Positions 61,344 to 64,000 of a DNA stretch of 64,000 bases are shown here, piece after piece. The stretch comes from a virus. Taxonomy: Duplodnaviria; Caudoviricetes. Both the position numbers and the translations under genes were made by a program. Location of the stretch: IMG/VR virus record IMGVR_UViG_3300034062_006701; one strand, given 5' to 3'. The notes below the pieces were generated by a model that saw nothing but the letters and a program-made list of their open reading frames with translations, was not told the DNA's origin and searched no databases. The stretch's first letter is position 1. Every line of letters starts with the position of its first letter.

Positions 61344-62021
61344 CTAGAATTTAATTTTTTTCTTAAAATCTTTAAAATTACTCTTAAGCTCAAGAACAAC
61401 ATCGGTAATATTCTCGAGTTCCTTTTTATTGAGTTTTGTTTTACTCTTCAGAGATAAGAATTCGGTAGAAAAGTACGCCTGTAACTCATCATTGATAACA
61501 GACTTATCGTATCCCAATTCAAATAAAACACCGACTGCTTTCTTTTTAGCGGAAGGTATAAGCTTTTTTAGAATTGAATTTGCCTTCTTTTTATACTCTT
61601 CATCTAAGAAATATAAAGCATGACATACTTCGTGCTCCACAGTCTTCTTATTATCATCTGAACCTATTAGGTAGTAGTGATTAGGTATGGGTATCTCTTT
61701 ATTAATCTTCTTGTGTATATTCTCAATAATCTCATCATATACATTATAATCTTCAATACCGAGCTTAAAGAGATTGGCTATAACCGGGCCAGGAACATTG
61801 AAACCACCCCAATCCTCAGGGTACGTAAAAACACCTCCGTTCTTTTTAGAATACAGTGACATGAGCTCAACAAGCGTGAATTTCTGTCCCTTTATCTGCT
61901 TAATAGGCGATTCATAGAACTCCTGAACCCTACAGAACGTCATCGCTAAATCATACATATCCTTAATTGAACAGAGATAGATACCGGGATAGAGGTTTTT
62001 AAGTGTGTAGTTGACGTTCAT
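61344..62021 (-). CDS. HExxH-containing hypothetical protein
   Basis: RVQEFYES, HEVCHALY. Confidence 0.65.
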   Translation of the reverse strand: MNVNYTLKNLYPGIYLCSIKDMYDLAMTFCRVQEFYESPIKQIKGQKFTLVELMSLYSKKNGGVFTYPEDWGGFNVPGPVIANLFKLGIEDYNVYDEIIENIHKKINKEIPIPNHYYLIGSDDNKKTVEHEVCHALYFLDEEYKKKANSILKKLIPSAKKKAVGVLFELGYDKSVINDELQAYFSTEFLSLKSKTKLNKKELENITDVVLELKSNFKDFKKKIKF

Positions 62022-62037
62022 TTTGTATTTATTAAGA

Positions 62038-62112
62038 TGGCAGTCTCACGGAGACTCGAACTCCGATTCTGCGGATGAAAACCGCATGTCCTAGCCGTTA
62101 GACGATGAGACC
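62038..62112 (-). tRNA. tRNA-Glu(UUC)
   Basis: TGCGG-TT-TTC-AT-CCGCA; CCA. Confidence 0.92.
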
Positions 62113-62124
62113 GTTATTAGTTTG

Positions 62125-62201
62125 TGGTCGGCGAGACAGGAATTGAACCTGCAACCACGTGCTCCCAAAGCACGTGCTCTACCAAGTTGAGCTACTCGCC
62201 G
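62125..62201 (-). tRNA. tRNA-Pro(UGG)
   Basis: CGTGC-TT-TGG-GA-GCACG; CCA. Confidence 0.94.
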
Positions 62202-62216
62202 TTGATCACGATAAAT

Positions 62217-62291
62217 TGGTGCGCTATGACAGAGTCGAACTGTCCTCTCAGCCTTGGCAAGGCCACGTATTAGCCGATATACGAATAACGC
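62217..62291 (-). tRNA. tRNA-Gly(GCC)
   Basis: loop TT-GCC-AA; A73; CCA. Confidence 0.88.
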
Positions 62292-62334
62292 GCTTATTAT
62301 ACTTACATCATAGAATGGCTCAAGCAAATACTTT

Positions 62335-62982
62335 CTACCAATTTAAGGCCTGAAATGTACATGGAAAGTGTTCTTTAAAGATATCTCTAATAGCGTACGC
62401 GATTTCACGATGCTCCTTCTGCGTATCCTCTTTTGCTCTAATATCAATATAATGAATCCATGAACGGATTGTACCTGACATATAGATTGTAGTAGAAGTA
62501 TTGAGAGGAAGAACCATTCTCGCACACTCTTTAGCAATTCCACCATCTACCAATTTACTATATGCATACGTCGCCCACTTTTGAGCACAATTAATAGCTT
62601 CTCTTTGCTCGTTTGTTAATGACTCAAGAGGTATGACATCGTCACCGACCTGTCTATTAGTTTTTCCCTGCATTCTCCATTCAATATCTTCAAGCTCCGT
62701 TGTTGATGAATACCTCTGACTAAATTCCTGAAAAGAAAAACTACGATGGCGGAGAATTTGTGCTGCAATTGCCCGAGAGGTTTTGATCTCTACAGTCATG
62801 CTTACCATCTCATAAGGTGACCAATGTTTATGTTTAATCAAATAAGCAAGAAGCCTTGGTGCTGTCTCGGTATTAAGCTGGTTTGTAGGATTTGAGACTC
62901 TAGCACAATAGCTAATAAGCTCTTCAGCCGTTGTAATACCTTCAATCTTTGGTTCAGTAATTGATATGAGTTTAACGTTCAT
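62335..62982 (-). CDS. thyX: flavin-dependent thymidylate synthase
   Basis: ARVS, HWSPYE, QILRHRSFSFQEFSQRY, ECARMVLP, R....TQKEHR. Confidence 0.96.
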   Translation of the reverse strand: MNVKLISITEPKIEGITTAEELISYCARVSNPTNQLNTETAPRLLAYLIKHKHWSPYEMVSMTVEIKTSRAIAAQILRHRSFSFQEFSQRYSSTTELEDIEWRMQGKTNRQVGDDVIPLESLTNEQREAINCAQKWATYAYSKLVDGGIAKECARMVLPLNTSTTIYMSGTIRSWIHYIDIRAKEDTQKEHREIAYAIRDIFKEHFPCTFQALNW

Positions 62983-62997
62983 TATATAAAAAGAACA

Positions 62998-63020
62998 ACC
63001 CCGGTGCTACACACCGGGGT
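62998..63020 (-). terminator. intrinsic terminator
   Basis: ACCCCGGTG/CACCGGGGT 9-bp stem followed by a T-rich tract on the minus strand. Confidence 0.75.
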
Positions 63021-63034
63021 GTTACTTTGATTGT

Positions 63035-64000
63035 TTAGGCTTCCAGGTTAGCTGGAGCAACTGACCGGAAAGGGTCTGGTGCAACTGCTGCGAAGTCAGG
63101 TCCGGTGAAGAACATGTCTGAAGCCAGACGATTAAGTTCCATTCGGAGAGCGATATCCTGATCAGTAGTCCTATGGGTAGCGACGTTGGTCAGGTTATTG
63201 AACAAGTCGTAAGCGTTGACGTTTGAATTAGCAGTCGCCATCCAACGATTACCCTTACCCTTGAGAGCGATACCAGCGTCAGTGTAGCGGCGCTTGATCT
63301 CCTGATCGTTGAACATAGTAGCACCGAGCTCCTTATCAACCCTCATAGCGATTGCACGTGCTGTATTGAACTCACGGAGTGAGGCGTTATGGTTGCGGAG
63401 GCGGTTACCAGCCATCTGTACCTCTTCCTTGATAATGTCACCGGATAGGAACTTACGGACCTGGGTATCGAAGGTCTTCTGGGTGAAGTCTGCGCTATCA
63501 ACAAAACGCTGAGCCATACGATGTACAGCAGTCATTCCGTTAGAGCAGACAAGACGGAGAAGATAAGGATAGAACTGTGACTTGTTAAGCGAGAAGTTCA
63601 TACCAAACCCGCTCTTCCAGACATCCTTTCCATCACCAAATACATCGATGTCAGCGTCAGGGTTCTTGAAGTTGATGGCGATACTGATGTTCGTGGGATC
63701 GAAGTAGAAATCCCTCAGCTCGAGGTTGTTGTTGTTCTCACGGAGATACTCCTCCGTATAGCGTAGACCATTGGAGAGATCTACCGCACGCTCTTCCTTA
63801 ATAGAACGATCGAAGATATTGTTAATCTCATTACTCTGACTATTTAGAACAGCGGTCACGCGCTTGTTCTTCCTAATGTTCGAGAGAGCATTGTGAAGAG
63901 GTGCCCACTGAGAGCTATCATCGCTAATCTCATTAACAAGCTGCTCCTTAACTCCAAGAACATTGATAAGGCTCTTAAGAGACTCCTGACGGAGCTGGTT
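63035..64000 (-). CDS. DUF932-like protein, 5' end outside the window
   Basis: LLRLVCSNGM motif, YDLFNNLT..ATH; frame stays open to position 64000. Confidence 0.7.
   Translation of the reverse strand, partial: NQLRQESLKSLINVLGVKEQLVNEISDDSSQWAPLHNALSNIRKNKRVTAVLNSQSNEINNIFDRSIKEERAVDLSNGLRYTEEYLRENNNNLELRDFYFDPTNISIAINFKNPDADIDVFGDGKDVWKSGFGMNFSLNKSQFYPYLLRLVCSNGMTAVHRMAQRFVDSADFTQKTFDTQVRKFLSGDIIKEEVQMAGNRLRNHNASLREFNTARAIAMRVDKELGATMFNDQEIKRRYTDAGIALKGKGNRWMATANSNVNAYDLFNNLTNVATHRTTDQDIALRMELNRLASDMFFTGPDFAAVAPDPFRSVAPANLEA

Noticed and set aside
1-64000. Stop-codon reassignment
   Set aside because: Recognisable genes are full length under code 11 and end in TAA, TGA or TAG; no suppressor tRNA found (UAG and UGA here are Leu and Ser anticodons).

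Overview
64-kb slice of a large T4-like tailed-phage genome: dense small ORFs, T4-type late promoter TAAATA, sigma70-type early promoters, nrdAB, thyX, dCMP deaminase, hsp20, bS21, 13 tRNA genes and two very long fibre/adhesin genes. bS21 looks Verrucomicrobiota-like, which suggests the host (inference). About 2.8-29.4 kb is a minus-strand early/accessory region made of short promoter-gene cassettes and strongly depleted in CG. It carries a NARP1-like Nampt/Prs pair, cysC, a PhyH dioxygenase, phosphoesterases and an MbcA/ParS-like protein. About 30-64 kb holds the fibre genes with a glycosyltransferase and a sulfotransferase, nucleotide metabolism genes and tRNA clusters with free-standing endonucleases. 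Most notable signals: (1) a 183-nt group I intron splitting the anticodon of tRNA-Asn(GUU), beside a free-standing endonuclease; (2) start codons placed at the expected +1 of both promoter classes, i.e. apparently leaderless mRNAs; (3) an unassigned structured ncRNA with its own late promoter; (4) complementary 5'/3' UTRs around hsp20; (5) atypical tRNAs (Ser-ACU, long-arm UAU, short-arm Leu-UAG); (6) the CG desert. All calls come from reading by eye; no database search or folding program was run. Some ORF starts were moved from the supplied track using promoter spacing or stop-start coupling.
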